Source: Phoronis australis
Taxonomy: Eukaryota; Animalia; Phoronida
Assembly (NCBI GenBank): GCA_002633005.1
Contig: NMRA01000234.1
Location: forward strand, 555,079-604,393
Direction: 5' to 3'
DNA length: 49,315 nucleotides
Under the pieces are notes generated by a model that worked only from the letters and a program-made list of their open reading frames with translations, did no database searches and was not told the DNA's origin. The translations under genes and the position numbers were made by a program. Numbering within the stretch: position 1 is the first letter of the stretch; the number at the start of each line of letters is the position of its first letter. Below are positions 22,801 to 34,036 of this stretch, in pieces.

Positions 22801-25116
22801 TGACGTGCCTGTTTCGTGTACTCGGAAGCGTAGGAGAATAGACGCGAGGTCTCCAAGCAGACATTCACCTGTGTCCAGGCATTGGTTGAGACTGGGTTGG
22901 CCTTTCATTGAAGCGCTGCAGTCGTATACTATCCGGATAGGTGTTGTGGTTGAGTCCTTTTTTACCGAGTGATGTGGTAAATAATGACCTGTGGTTGGAT
23001 CGTCGTTGTGGACTTCTTCAATGAATTTGCGTTGTAGTTGTTCTCGTATTATGTTGTCATAATGCTGTAAATTCTCAGGTGTGAGTCGTTTGATCATAGC
23101 GCGAGTTCTGTGGTGTGCCATTGCGTAATTGGTAGGCAAGGGTTCGTGGTCTTGTTTCCACGGTAGGGTCGCGATGTACTGTCCCGTGACCTCATCGCGT
23201 TGTAGCGTTTTCCGGTAACTGTCGAATGATGACAATTTGGTGTCGCAACATGTGGGCTCGTCGATTCCAATAGTTTCCAACTCCCAGTAATGCTTTGTGA
23301 TGTCATCGGGGCTGTCAATCATAACCTTGAAGGAGGCGCATGTATTCACGTGAGTCTGCAAGTGGGTGGGGCCGGAAAGCATGTACCCAAATTTGGTTTG
23401 GACGGCTGTTGGTCCATCGCCGCGAATGACGTGATCGCCGACAACGGTCCAGTAGAAATCAGCGCCGATCAGGATGTCAATGTCGAAAGCCGAACTGCTC
23501 ACGTGGTTGGCCAGGTCTAGTTGTTGGAGATACGGGTGTGCTGTCACCGTAGGCGGTACGTAATTTCTCATAGGAGTGGAGATTCTTGGAACGATCAGTG
23601 TAGAAATCTCAATCGGCCCATCCCTTGAGTGCAGGCTGATTGATGTTACCGGTGTAGATTGAATTCCAGTGGTCTTTGCACCGAATGCTGTTAGATTAAT
23701 CGTTTCCTTTTGACATCTGTTGACGTCAATGCCGAGCTGGGTGGCGCTTTTCTGGGAAATGAAGGATCTCTGCGCACCCTCGTCAATTAAAATATTCGCC
23801 GGAACCACAGTTCCTTTGTGACTAACTTTGATTGAAGCCGTCTTCAATAGAATAGCTTCGGAAGTTGGTGTCAGCTTGGCGTGCACATCTTGAGTCATGG
23901 GGGGTGAGTCAGCCGCAGCCGTAGTGTGACTCTCGCAAATTGCTGTGTGATGTCGACCATTGCAGGTGCGGCAATTGAATTTAGACTTGCATTCCATAGC
24001 CCTGTGTCCCGAATGCAAACAATTTCGGCAAAGGCGGTCTCTTTGGACGATTTCGAGTTTCTTCTGTAGGGTGTCTACCACAGCGCATTCGTGTGATTTG
24101 TGTTGTTTTGACTTACAAAACGCACAGCTTCTCGTAGTCTTGTTGGGAGTGAATTGTTGTCGATTTCGGCGTTGATGTCCCACGTAGAAATTGTTGGTTG
24201 ATGCGATTGGTTCAGAGTATGGCTCTTGCATCGTAGCGGTGCTGAGGGCCTCGATTTCATGGTAGATTGCAGCTCGTAGATCGGAGAGGTGCCACTCATT
24301 ATCACCATGGTCGCGTGACAGTTGAGTGCGCATCCTACCTGGTAAGCGGTTTAGAATAACTGGGACCAACAGGTCACCGTAAGAGTCCTCGGACTTCCCG
24401 AGTGCATTTAAGCCTCGTACATATGTTTCAATTGTGTCGTAAAAACGACGGAGACTGTCAATGTCCGCAGATGGTGGTGGAATATCCAGTAATCCAGTCA
24501 TGTAAGCGTTAATGATTTTGTGAGTTTGTCCGTATCGTTTTTTCAAAAGTTCCAGCGCGTGTTCGTAATTGGCAGCCGTAAGCGAAAGCCCGCTGATGGC
24601 CTTAGCGGCGTCTCCAAATAATTGCGCTTGGAGATATTGGAATTTTTGCACGTCTGAAAGTCCTCCCTGACTGTGCACTGCCGAATCGAATGTGTCAAAA
24701 AAGGTAGTCCAGTTTTTAATGTCACCACCAAATTTCGGTAGCTGCAGCTTTGGTAGATTTGTCGTTTTTACCGAATGCGAAGCCGTTATCGATGCAGGGC
24801 CTGTTGTAGAAGAGGCCTGCTCGAGGAATAGAACAATTTTTGCCCGTTGTTTATAGGCGTCCGTGTGATAATTGTCCGATTCCTCGATCGTATGTTCGAT
24901 GGCGTCATCCTCAACGAGGTCAATGACGCTATTGTCCAGAGTTGCTACTAAATCCATTTTTTGTGTTATGAGATCCAGGTTCGTTTTTACGCCGTCATAG
25001 TCCATATCGCTCATGAGTTGTTCTGTCTCTGAAAATAGTTTCGTGATGATGCCGCGGTGGGCTCCTCGTCTCCTCCTCTCGCGAGTAAGTTTCTGTTGCG
25101 CTGTCATAGATTCCAT
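19882..25116 (-). CDS. BEL/Pao gag-pol polyprotein, 1744 aa from the first ATG after the PBS
   Basis: Gag LPKLQLPKFGG and three CCHC-type knuckles; protease LIDEGAQRSF; RT YLPHH/DIEKAF/YVDN; RNase H FCDSS...IPRLEL; integrase HHCC + GVDFTG/SDNA/GGFYE. No stops. Confidence 0.97.
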   Translation of the reverse strand: MESMTAQQKLTRERRRRGAHRGIITKLFSETEQLMSDMDYDGVKTNLDLITQKMDLVATLDNSVIDLVEDDAIEHTIEESDNYHTDAYKQRAKIVLFLEQASSTTGPASITASHSVKTTNLPKLQLPKFGGDIKNWTTFFDTFDSAVHSQGGLSDVQKFQYLQAQLFGDAAKAISGLSLTAANYEHALELLKKRYGQTHKIINAYMTGLLDIPPPSADIDSLRRFYDTIETYVRGLNALGKSEDSYGDLLVPVILNRLPGRMRTQLSRDHGDNEWHLSDLRAAIYHEIEALSTATMQEPYSEPIASTNNFYVGHQRRNRQQFTPNKTTRSCAFCKSKQHKSHECAVVDTLQKKLEIVQRDRLCRNCLHSGHRAMECKSKFNCRTCNGRHHTAICESHTTAAADSPPMTQDVHAKLTPTSEAILLKTASIKVSHKGTVVPANILIDEGAQRSFISQKSATQLGIDVNRCQKETINLTAFGAKTTGIQSTPVTSISLHSRDGPIEISTLIVPRISTPMRNYVPPTVTAHPYLQQLDLANHVSSSAFDIDILIGADFYWTVVGDHVIRGDGPTAVQTKFGYMLSGPTHLQTHVNTCASFKVMIDSPDDITKHYWELETIGIDEPTCCDTKLSSFDSYRKTLQRDEVTGQYIATLPWKQDHEPLPTNYAMAHHRTRAMIKRLTPENLQHYDNIIREQLQRKFIEEVHNDDPTTGHYLPHHSVKKDSTTTPIRIVYDCSASMKGQPSLNQCLDTGECLLGDLASILLRFRVHETGTSSDIEKAFLNVKLAQQDRNYTKFLWLSNPHDRNSDFKVLRFTSVLFGSSSSPFILNSVLKHHLDIENKPSFTNVTNDVYVDNIVRSMPRGKAKQYYTEINEVLSTAGFHLRSWATNDPRLRSLTIKDNRQDSNPTVNLLGMRWDTTADELSFADKFKSHPLDATTPTKRDVVSTTSSLFDPLGFLSPVHVRAKIFIQKLWIENYRWDDELPESLTEEWRTINADLQKARTTTCNRRYFTEESNDVELHMFCDSSSDAYGAVCFLTTKKESSIVMAKTRVKPLKQITIPRLELMSALVGARLANYVSASIASSLNITKRVLWLDSQIAIHWITGTKKLPIFVQNRVNEVKSAKFDSVNYCPTKDNPADLLTRGITIDQLKKSTLWWHGPSWLTRGDWPLTAVLTTTCESSENVDCTCDNPIAAINTASLGSPDEIGINNIIDINRYATLNKLLRVTAYVMRFTRRLRNTSSYVTVKELQQASLLWIKCAQSEYYSTELQALKANSKSKAPLVKQLNLFLDADGIIRVAGRMENSTLPYNTKYPILIPSHHRLSHLIIDQAHVLALHSGPQATMNYVRQRYWIPKLRQLVSRFTKSCVICKRVTGRPFPTPVAGQLPACRLLEAPPFTITGVDFTGHLFYHDDNSLSKTNKAYVCLFTCAVTRAVHLEVVTSLTTSSFIRAFRRFSARRSTPSKMISDNASYFVSAAQDIANIFESASNYLTTRKCTWSFIPKRAPWFGGFYERLIGMTKNCLKKTLGHTNITLDELSTLVTEVETVLNNRPLTYVTDDNPDSSPITPAHLLHGRMIMPLPHENLDDFEDPDYTTNPPHDQFGKRVIYLQQLFRKFWTQWRREYLPALREHHAATNKTGGSSKTDIHVGDIVLIHSDSKRVNWPLAIITQLHHGADGYVRSATLKTKNGITNRPVVKLYPLELHHDIGGNTIQDQNQIDNPPRVRRRAADQALQNIKHWTGQLLS

Positions 25117-25127
25117 TACGTCGGGTA

Positions 25128-25140
25128 GGTTTCGGCACCA
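25128..25140 (-). other. Primer-binding site complementary to tRNA-Phe
   Basis: TGGTGCCGAAACC, 6 nt after the 5' LTR, is the complement of the eukaryotic tRNA-Phe 3' end GGUUUCGGCACCA. Confidence 0.85.
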
Positions 25141-25146
25141 GAAAAT

Positions 25147-25383
25147 TGTGTGGAATGAATTGGGAGAGCAAAAGTGATAACTGGTTCGTGTAAGGTTAAA
25201 AGAACAACTGATTTTATTTGCACGGAAACTACAATATAATATTACAGTCATGCAGCCACGTGTAGTAATCACGTGGTACGAGTAGGAGGAGTTAAATTAA
25301 CCAATAGTATTAAACGTGTAGGTGGGCCCAAATAAGGCACAATTCTTAGAATAGATAAATTCATCAAGAAGTCATTCTTGACA
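25147..25383 (-). repeat. 5' LTR of the BEL/Pao element
   Basis: 237 bp, TGTCAAG...CCACACA on -. Confidence 0.97.
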
Positions 25384-27899
25384 ATCACAGAAAAATGAGG
25401 GCGAATATTAATATAATTTACTTGTAGCAGCCTACCTGATACTGAGCATTATAATTTTCAGTTATGGCTGCCTCAGTTTGCATAATTTATGCAAAGTATA
25501 CTATCCACCTCCAAAGTAGCTCTTTTATATTCACTCAGACAATAGAAACATCGGTGAAAACATCAAACTAATCTATCTGCAGTGTTTGGTAAGGAAAAAA
25601 AATTTTGATAATTGCGGACTCAGTTTCCATATTTAAAAAATGCTCAAGGTTGGCAAGATTACAACCCAGCGAAAATGCTTCAGGAGGGTCCCCTGGACAC
25701 AAAAAATTGAAAGACCTTAAACTACCAAGAATTTCTAGGTACCCGTTTCTGGCTAAATAGACTACGCCCTTGCACATGCGCTAACAATGCCCAACACGAA
25801 ATCGCGTACGTGCAGCCAAATGTTCAGAGCGGGGTTCGGAGCGTGCAACCTCTCGCCTGGGTGACAATCAAAGGTAAACTTCATTGAGTGTCGATCGGAG
25901 AAGTGAAACATAAGAAAATGTTCAACCGCTTATCTCAAATTCAACATAATGTATATAATAGTGATTTAGTTAAAAAGTGCGTTTCCTAGATACGAGTGGT
26001 GTTCCAAGTATCGGCATATCTTTAGAGGACAAGGCGTTTATTGTTGGTAAAAAATAAAACATTTCGGATTAAGAACACAGGAGGATTTTCGTTATTCGAC
26101 AGGTATCACAAAATATAAACATTTCGTAATTTTCAGCGTTATTTACGTTTTCCATTTTTACTATTAATTTTTCAATAAAAGTGTTCAGGGTTTTCGCGGA
26201 AACCTCAATTCATATGGCGGTAACTGAGTGAGTACCAAAAATGCATGAATCAGCTGTTACTCACTACGGTGACCATTTTAGGTGGTGTGGTAATGTGCCA
26301 TTAAAAAGTAAACTAAAACTTTCATATTAAATTCAATTAAGTTTCAATTCCCAAAGCTATTTTCGAAGATTCTTGAAGGAAAACCGGGTGAACATGAGGA
26401 CGGGCCATCCGACATTTTATCGTTTTTAAAGGAATAGCAGTCTTAGAGTTCTTTAAACCTCCATCCTTTCGATGGTGACTTATCCTATTGTATTTTTCAA
26501 TTTTTGGTTGTTTGGACCGAATGTCTTGATAATGCTGTGCTTTGGACGAATCTGTTTTTTTCGATGAGCTTGTAATCATATCTTCTCCCCGGCCCTCGTG
26601 AATAATTGACAGCGCCGAATTGAGGGGCAAAGGTACAATTGGCCCCTCGGGTCGTCCCTGCGAGAGAGGACACCGTCTGAAAAGAGACTTCTTAATAGGA
26701 AAAGCTAAATATCATTTAAAATGGCAAAGAGTAACAGTTGATCCTATCATCCGCATGTGAGCAGACCTTCCTTAACGTGCTTAAAACTATTATTACCTTG
26801 TTTTGACAAGTGACAACGTTGGACCTTCTCCTACATGTATATCACTATATCACAGCCGTTAATTCAACATTGAAATCTGGGGAAGACCCAAAGTATTGAT
26901 TTTATGATGTTGTATGTATTATCATTACTGATTTAATATATAAGACGTTTGTTTGAAGTTGCAGGTATTTTATTTTTACTATAAATGTATGCGTGTTACA
27001 TGGGCGGTGCACCATAGGGAGCTGGGGGCTATAGCGCCCACTTTTTTTAGTGCCGCGCCGCCACTGTGTTACCTACAATTATCACGATACAGCAGTAGAG
27101 CTATTTTTCGAAATACATGTATGATTGATTTCGTGCACGTTTTCAAGTGTGTTTAGACGATCTGTGCTGCAAAATTGGAGACCCTAACGCTAATGTCCGG
27201 CCAGGGTCTGAGAAAGGTAAACCACGCACTGATGCAGAGTTGTTTTAACAACATTTAAAAATGTTCTCTGGAATTTTCTCTCTTATCCGTATTTCGCAGT
27301 CTTTTTTTCTCGATTGTCCCCGGCCCCACTCCTATGTCGGTTGTCACGGTTTAACCCTGACGCCCCCCGCCCCGCTTCCTACGGCCCTGGTGATATGTCC
27401 GCCAACACACAAATTTCTTGTACAAACTTGTGGCATACATGCGATTCTGCCAGTCCTACGAGGAACTGAAAAAAATTCTTCAGCGTTGCCAAATTCAGAG
27501 TTCTCGCAACGACCAAAATTCAACGCCTAGCGATCCTTTATTGCATGATAAATCATGGGAAAACGAGAGGTAGAGCAATATCTGGTGGCGATGTGATCGG
27601 TATACTTCCGACCAAGGCCCACACGGAATTCCGTGTGTCGTTCGCCATGTTTCCACAGGGCCAGTTTCCAGTATAGGTGGCGCTTATAGTCAGAGGGTAG
27701 ATGAGTATACAACGCAGCGACGTCAGTGGTTCTCACCGCCCAGCTGAGTGTGTGCCGCTATGGTGGGGGTATTGTTACTGCTTGTGCGAACCATGATGTT
27801 GCGAGGAAAGCGGGTATATCGTTTTTATCGACTTCCTCGAGAAACCGAAGTGCTTCGTAAGTGATTCACGGCTGTAAAGAACGAGAAGTACGCCGTTAC

Positions 27900-28166
27900 C
27901 AGGGGAGGGTCTAGGATTTTGAGTTAGGGGGCTAGGGCACAGGAATAACCAAAATTTCGCCACATGCGCATAGGAGGTCTTGAACTTTTGGGTTTATGGA
28001 CCTTGTTACTAAAAAACGGGTAAACGGGGTTTGTTCATTGTGCATTCGCCTCCCGAAGCCCCTAGATGCGCGCATATGCCAGTCAGAAATTCGCACCTCG
28101 AACTGGAGAATTTTAGGGGGGGGGGGGGNGGGGCGTGGCCCCCTTGCCCCTCTAAATCCGCCACTG
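27900..28166. mobile_element. Short CAGGGG...CCACTG hAT-like MITE, with relatives at ~34556-34740 and 37119-37272
   Basis: GGATTTTGAGTT.GGG...AGGGCACAGGAATAACCA.AATTTCGCC is shared with the 34556 copy. GGCGGATC/ATCCGCC-type termini. Confidence 0.6.
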
Positions 28167-28520
28167 GTTAATACCAAGAATGAGGCCGTGAAATATCTCG
28201 GTTTCTTTGGCCGTCATTGTTCTGGTTCAAAATGAGTTATTCTCACCCTAACCAATGTTTATATAAAACTGAAACAAGGTGTCAAAGACTGTCTCAGTAG
28301 ATACAATTTGTAATGCCTTAGTAGTGTTCGTGAGGGCAAATGTTTTGAGAAATCAATTATTAATAAATCATACAGCATTACCGGCTTCAGATGCACTAAA
28401 ACTATAATTGACCGCCGTGTGAGCGCATGCTAATTCAGTGTTTGTTGACAGAAAGCTGTTGTGAAGCTATCACTCGATTTTATTGGCTATGATCAGGCGT
28501 AATCTTTATTTATACATAGT

Positions 28521-29405
28521 CAGAGGCCCTAAAGTCGTGAGTGCCCTAAAGTCGTGAACGATCTTATTTCCTCTTCTGCGCGGTCCTGCGACATCTGGCA
28601 TTGAAGTTTCCATCGTTCGTCTGCTTACGAACGTCAAACGAATACCCGGACGTGTTCGTATTCACAATATGATAACAAACAGTGAGTGAGTGGCTTCTTT
28701 TTTCAAATGTATCTTCAAAACAGCATATTTCACTAATCGACTTTTTTGAGCATTTTTGGGATATTTTTTCGAAAATATTCATTGTTCAGATTTACGCAAA
28801 CACGAGCTCCAGGGGTAGCTTGAACAATGTATCAAAATGTCCCAGGGTCGATAAAGTTTTGTAAGGCCAAAGCNAAATATTCATCGTTCAGATTTACTCA
28901 AACACGAGCTCCAGAGGTAGCTTGAACAATGTATCAAAACGTCCCAGGGTCGATAAAGTTTTGTAAGGCCAAAGCAATAAAATACAGAGAGATAATTGAT
29001 GCTGGGTCCTTAGCGTTTTACGTGAACAACCTCATTGAAAACGTCTGTGCACATCAAATTTATTTCAATTGCAACTGAATTAATAAACAATGCAATGCAT
29101 TTTTATGTCATCTAGAGTAACTGTACGCACTGTAGTTGACTTGTGTGGTCTTACTTCGAGTATTTCCATCTCACCGAAACGGTCACGGCTTTAGGGCCTC
29201 ATTCAAAATGGACGGCGATATCAGCCACCGTTTCAAAACTCTGCTTACGAAGACAAACAAGGATTAAGATTGTCAAAACACGTATATATGTGAAGGCTAA
29301 TACATGTCCATGACATCACATGAGCAGTTGCTAATGGACATTGAGTAGTATGACAATCAGCACTTATTATGCTTATATTCACGACTTTAGCCTAGGTCAC
29401 CGGTG
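28521..29405. mobile_element. MITE-like element with CCTAAAGTCGTGA subterminal repeats
   Basis: Two direct GCCCTAAAGTCGTGA copies at the left end; inverted TCACG.CTTTAG at ~29183 and 29379. Confidence 0.55.
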
Positions 29406-29592
29406 TCTAGTTTACAGAGTTGGTGCCAGAGGTGGATACAAGGAACAGATACATTTAATCGAAAAGCAACATAGGCCTAACTCCACCAGCCAATACCCAG
29501 CTCTTAAACAGTTAAGAGTTGAGTATTGGCTGGTGGAGTTTACTATTAAAGGTGCCTGTGGTTTACTATATTGACTACAACATGCTAAAGTC

Positions 29593-29865
29593 CACAGGCG
29601 CTTGGGTTTATCGCAAATGACGCCACTCTATAATATATATAAGAAATTATAAAGGTTGGACACTCGAAATCTGTTTAGCCGAGGCTCCCAACTTCAACCG
29701 TCCAAAATCCAAATAAAATCTGCGTGCACCTCCCTCAGTCTGGTGTTGCATAAACCTTCGAAGCCTTATCTTTCCTAGATCCCATTAACTGTCTTCGTGA
29801 GTGGTGAATTGGCGATGGAATTTCAAAAACAATCTCAAAACTCTGAATTCAAGGACCTGAAATAG
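29593..29865. mobile_element. Left-end fragment of the 12626-13725 family, broken at an N
   Basis: CACAGGCGCT...TAAAGGTTGGACACT...TCCAAAATCCAAATAAAATCTG matches 12626-12860. Confidence 0.85.
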
Positions 29866-29869
29866 NTTC

Positions 29870-31315
29870 AATTGTTTAGGTGCTCACCAGGCCAGGGACT
29901 GCCCGTCTATGAACACTTGCCGATCATGCCATCGCAAGCACCGCACTACGTTATGTGCCACATTTTCGCGAGAAAATTCGAAGCCCGACAACAGCTCAGA
30001 AGCCAGCCAACCGAAATACGAATTCACGTCCACTACCTACCCACCGAGTACTACTCGAGATGCCCAGGTGAACCTGGCACCCACAGCAGGGCCAGTTTTG
30101 TTGAAAACTGCCGCTTCCACAATTGAGAGAGAGGGGCATTGGACTAAGGTAAATGTTTTATTTGACATGAGGGTTCACAACGAACATTTCTAACTGTCAG
30201 GGCCGCCCAGCGCCTACATGTTGACACAGACAACGCTCCTAGAGAGACTATCAACCTATCCACCTTCGGAGCCTGAGAGTCTAATGCCCAACTCCAGATA
30301 CTTTCAATGACTACATTCGAGCTGAAAACTCAACATGGTAACGTACAACTGTCTGCTGTCATTGTCCCAACAATTTCTACGCCTGTGATAAATTACGTGC
30401 CAACTACTGTCAACTGCTTTGACTATTTACAATGTTTACCCATTAACTCCCCTGCTGAGTCGATGATTGAAATTGATTTGCTGATTGGTGCCGACCATTA
30501 CTGGTCAATTGTTGGCGACACCACAATCAGAGGTTCAGGACCAACAGCCGTCGCTTCCAAACTGGGGTACGTATTGTCAGGTCCCACCCGTCTACAATGC
30601 AATGGAACGCCGATCACTCACACGAACATCACCTGTATGAAAATTCTCCAAGAGGAGCCAGACCCTGCCACCCAATACTGGGACCTTGAAACGATTGGAA
30701 TCAAAGACCCTACGACAGAGACGCCTTCTGATTTCAGTAGCTACCGTAACCATGGTATTACTCACGATCCTGACGGAAAATACACTGCGAAATTACATGG
30801 CAAACGCAAAAAATTCTGGCTAATTATTCAGCTTTCTTGCGGCGCGGGAGTGTCATGAAATCTGTGACATTCATGATACATATATAATTCTTAGCACATT
30901 AGTTTGACAGTGTTATTACTTATTGATATTATTTCTTTGCTAGCCAATTGTTTTTGTTAAAAGAAACTTGTTTTGGCAGTCAGCTGAGTCAGCGACCAAC
31001 CCATCCGTGCATCCACACATGTTTTGATGATCTCTGTAGTAAACAAGATTGCGTAATGGTCATTCACAGAAACATTGCCTAAAGACAGCTGACCATTACC
31101 ATATATGGCAAACACAACAGAGTAGTTCAGATGATTGTTGTGAAAGTTTTTAGAGTTGCTTCCTGTTAGTTTCCTGTAGGATATTGAATCATAAAGTTTA
31201 GTGCATGCAACCCACATATTTGTGACTTGTATATAAATCCGTTCACTTGTCTAATAAAGACAGTCCTCATCTTGCTACTGCCAGTTGCTTTACTAGTGTA
31301 ATTGAGTGTTCCACA
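29870..31315 (+). mobile_element. Second BEL/Pao element, internally deleted: gag knuckles + protease joined to PPT and 3' LTR
   Basis: CLGAHQARDC, CRSCHRKHRTTLC, VLLKTA and IDLLIGADHYW..GPTAVASKLGYVLSGP..YWDLETIGI parallel the intact element. PPT GCGGCGCGGGAG is followed by an LTR TGTCATG...TTCCACA (30851-31315) with TATA and AATAAA. Confidence 0.85.
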
Positions 31316-32329
31316 CTAATTAGTTACTGAATACAACCATCTCACTGACGGACCGAGACTGTCCACAACACAACACAACGCTGCTACTAAGTCGAGTTAT
31401 TCTCCACTATTCTACTACAGTATATATACATTATTCGATTCATTGTTATTATACACCTTTTCTTTGTACGGTCGTCTGTGGAAGGGGAACCTGGCTTCGC
31501 GGCCCCCGACGAGTAAGTACCTTTGCAATTTCGCAGCGAACTCACCAAAATAATCACGTGCTCATTACTTCGTTCACTAGTCTAGTCGTGTCGTGACTGG
31601 AAGTTTAGTTTTCAACTTTCGCAGTCCAATAACCCGGCTGGTTTATGTTCGTAATGTCTCTAGTCCCGACCGCGATCGACGGGTTACAACGAGCGTTTTG
31701 CGTGTAGAACTGAAAAAAAAATCGCAAGCCTAAAATTACAACACACGGCTATGCTGTCCTGTCTGTATTTCACGGAAGAATAATTCTAACTTATCACCGA
31801 ACATACTCCAAACTTCCCGCGACCGACCTCGGTAAGTTGACTTACCGAACTTTGTAGGCTACGGTACGTTGAAAATTTCTATAAGTCTGTAATAGCGAAA
31901 TAAAACAACCCATTTGTTTAAAAACTCAATGAATGTGCAAGGGTTTTACAAGGTGTAAAACGACGAATTCAAGCGATAAGCTGGCATCGGTAATCGTCTT
32001 GTAAACTGCTAAGCAACTTTGTTAGAAACTGCGACGTCATTGATTAATTTCAGCACCTCCGTCTGCCGTCTGGTGTCAGGTAAAAGAATTGATCTTGCTA
32101 TTATTGAGTGGAACGACTCGATCTAAATTGATACAAAATACGTTGTTTTTTTGGTGGCATTCTCGTTTAATTCTATTTCTAGCAATCGTTCACTCCAATC
32201 GGTACGCTCGATAGCCTTTCGGCATCATTTTGGCGAACTCGGTACTACCCGTGCGCCATATTAAATCGATTGTGTGAGAACGTCTGCAACTGCAAAGAAA
32301 CACGTGACTGAAGCTGAATAACGTTAATC

Positions 32330-32700
32330 CCGGTAATAGTATTTCTAACGATCCGCCTTGTGCACCAGCGCCGGACGTTTCCACCGTAGTCTCGTCGGTT
32401 TTTCCGCAACTTCGCCAGGATCCCTCTCTCCTCTCCGTGCCGCCGTCGGTCTCAGCGCCCCTGCCAGCTGCTCCGTCCGTCATCACTGTGCAGCCTCCAC
32501 CGCTGCCTCTACCTTCAACCGTCCATCCGCCGACCAACGACCAGCCGTTGCCCATCACTCTTCCCCCGGTCTCAGGTAACGACATTTTACCGTTAGGGTG
32601 TAATGTCGATGATAAGGTCCGCGGCATGATTGTTTCGGATCAATTTGTTGATTTTTATTCCCTACTTCGCCCTCAACATCCATCTTCCTCGACATTTTCT
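32330..32700 (+). pseudogene. Ngaro/DIRS-type gag-like ORF1 fragment
   Basis: Pro-rich linker followed by LPLGCNVDDKVRGMIVSDQFVDFYSLL, which resembles the PLG..V..K.K.KI...EYVD...LL motif of tyrosine-recombinase retroelement ORF1. Confidence 0.55.
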
Positions 32701-33009
32701 TTCACCGTGATTCTTCTCATTTTATCCACTTCACGCTTATCACGTTAAAAGACAACTCCCCAAAAACGTAAATTTTTCTAGCGATCGTTTTCCTAATCGT
32801 TATTCTTGATAGTCGTTCTGTTCCCTCGATTTTCCCCGCCGTGCGCCATCTTGTCAACTCAGTCGAAACGTTTGGGTTAAACTGTAAAATATCATCACTG
32901 TCGCATAAGTAAGCTTGAATCGTCCTTGCCTAGGAAAAAACTCAGTCATCAGTTTGAGGATTTTTCAAAGAAACGTTATTTTGAATCACAGAAACACTTC
33001 AATTATTCA

Positions 33010-34036
33010 TTTTTATGCGCCCACATATTTATATGTGGACGCATTATGCCGTCATCTGCGTCCGTCCGGCGTCAGTCCGGCGTCCGTCCCGGCGGCGTCT
33101 GTCCCGGCGGCGTCCGTCCGGCGTCCGCTGCTCTATCTCCAAAACCAATTGACGTATGCTCATGAAATTTTGCACATGTGTTCCTTTCATGAACAGAACG
33201 GCATGAACGAACTTTCGGACGGATCCAACTACTGATGTGCCCCCTAGTGGCAGTTTTAGTTATTTACGTTTACCTCTGTATCTTCAAAGGTCGTCAAGGT
33301 ATTTTCATGAAATTTGGTATATAGGCATCTATTAGTGAAACAACGACATCCTCCCGTTTTCAGATGGATTCGACGTAGTGCGCCACCTAGTGGCCATTTT
33401 TACTGTTTTCGAGTCTGTTTACCTCTGTATATCTTCAAAGGTCCTCAACAGATTTTCATAAAATTTTGAATACGGGCATCTATTGACGAGATGACGCTAT
33501 CCTCCCGTTTTTGTATGGAATCAAGGTAATTTGCGCCGTTTTTGCTGTTTTCGAGTCTGTTTTTTGGCGTTTAACTCTCTATCAACCAAATCATTCTTAG
33601 GATGGTTTGGAAAATTAGCGTATATGTTCTCAGTGTGAAGAGGACTGTTGATGATGACGACTTTGACTACTCTGGCGCCTCCTAGTGGTAGTTTTTGTTT
33701 TGTTTTGCGCCTATAGCTGTATCTCCTAAACCCATTTAGTAAGTGCATTTATATGAAGAAACAACAGACAGGCGGATCCAATGAACACTATGCCCCCTAA
33801 TGGCAATTTCATTTTATTCTGTTTTCCTTTGTTTCTCTGACGTTCCTTGGAGGCTGTAGATGAAATTTGGAATTTGGTGTATAGCTTTCTATTAAAGAAG
33901 CAATGACATGTTCCCATTTTCCGACGGATTGTATGTTTTTGCGCCATCTAGTGACACAAATAAGCAACCCTGAAAGCACACCATTTGCGATGCATTAGTG
34001 GGCGCAATGATTTCAACGCTCCGTGTTGCTCTTGTT
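33010..34036 (+). mobile_element. DINE-1/Helentron-like element with both ends complete
   Basis: TTTTTA-TGCGCCCAC...GTGGACGCA, then (GTCC/GGCGTC) repeats and subunits, then GTGGGCGCA + hairpin CAACGCTCCGTGTTG + CTCTTGTT. T-rich junctions, no TSD. Confidence 0.85.

Larger units (their letters stand above)
19508..25383 (-). mobile_element. Full-length BEL/Pao LTR retrotransposon
   Basis: Two 237-bp TG...CA LTRs, a 5-bp ATCAC TSD (19503-19507 and 25384-25388), PBS, PPT and a single gag-pol ORF. Confidence 0.98.

Noticed and set aside
20444-24731. Short alternative-frame and antisense ORFs inside the BEL element
   Set aside because: Shadow ORFs of the polyprotein with no independent signals.
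25117-25272. First 52 aa of the listed 1796-aa ORF
   Set aside because: Lies in the 5' LTR and PBS; the likely start is the ATG at 25116.
28775-28975. 100-bp tandem duplication
   Set aside because: Same single-N junction pattern (28874); likely an assembly artefact.
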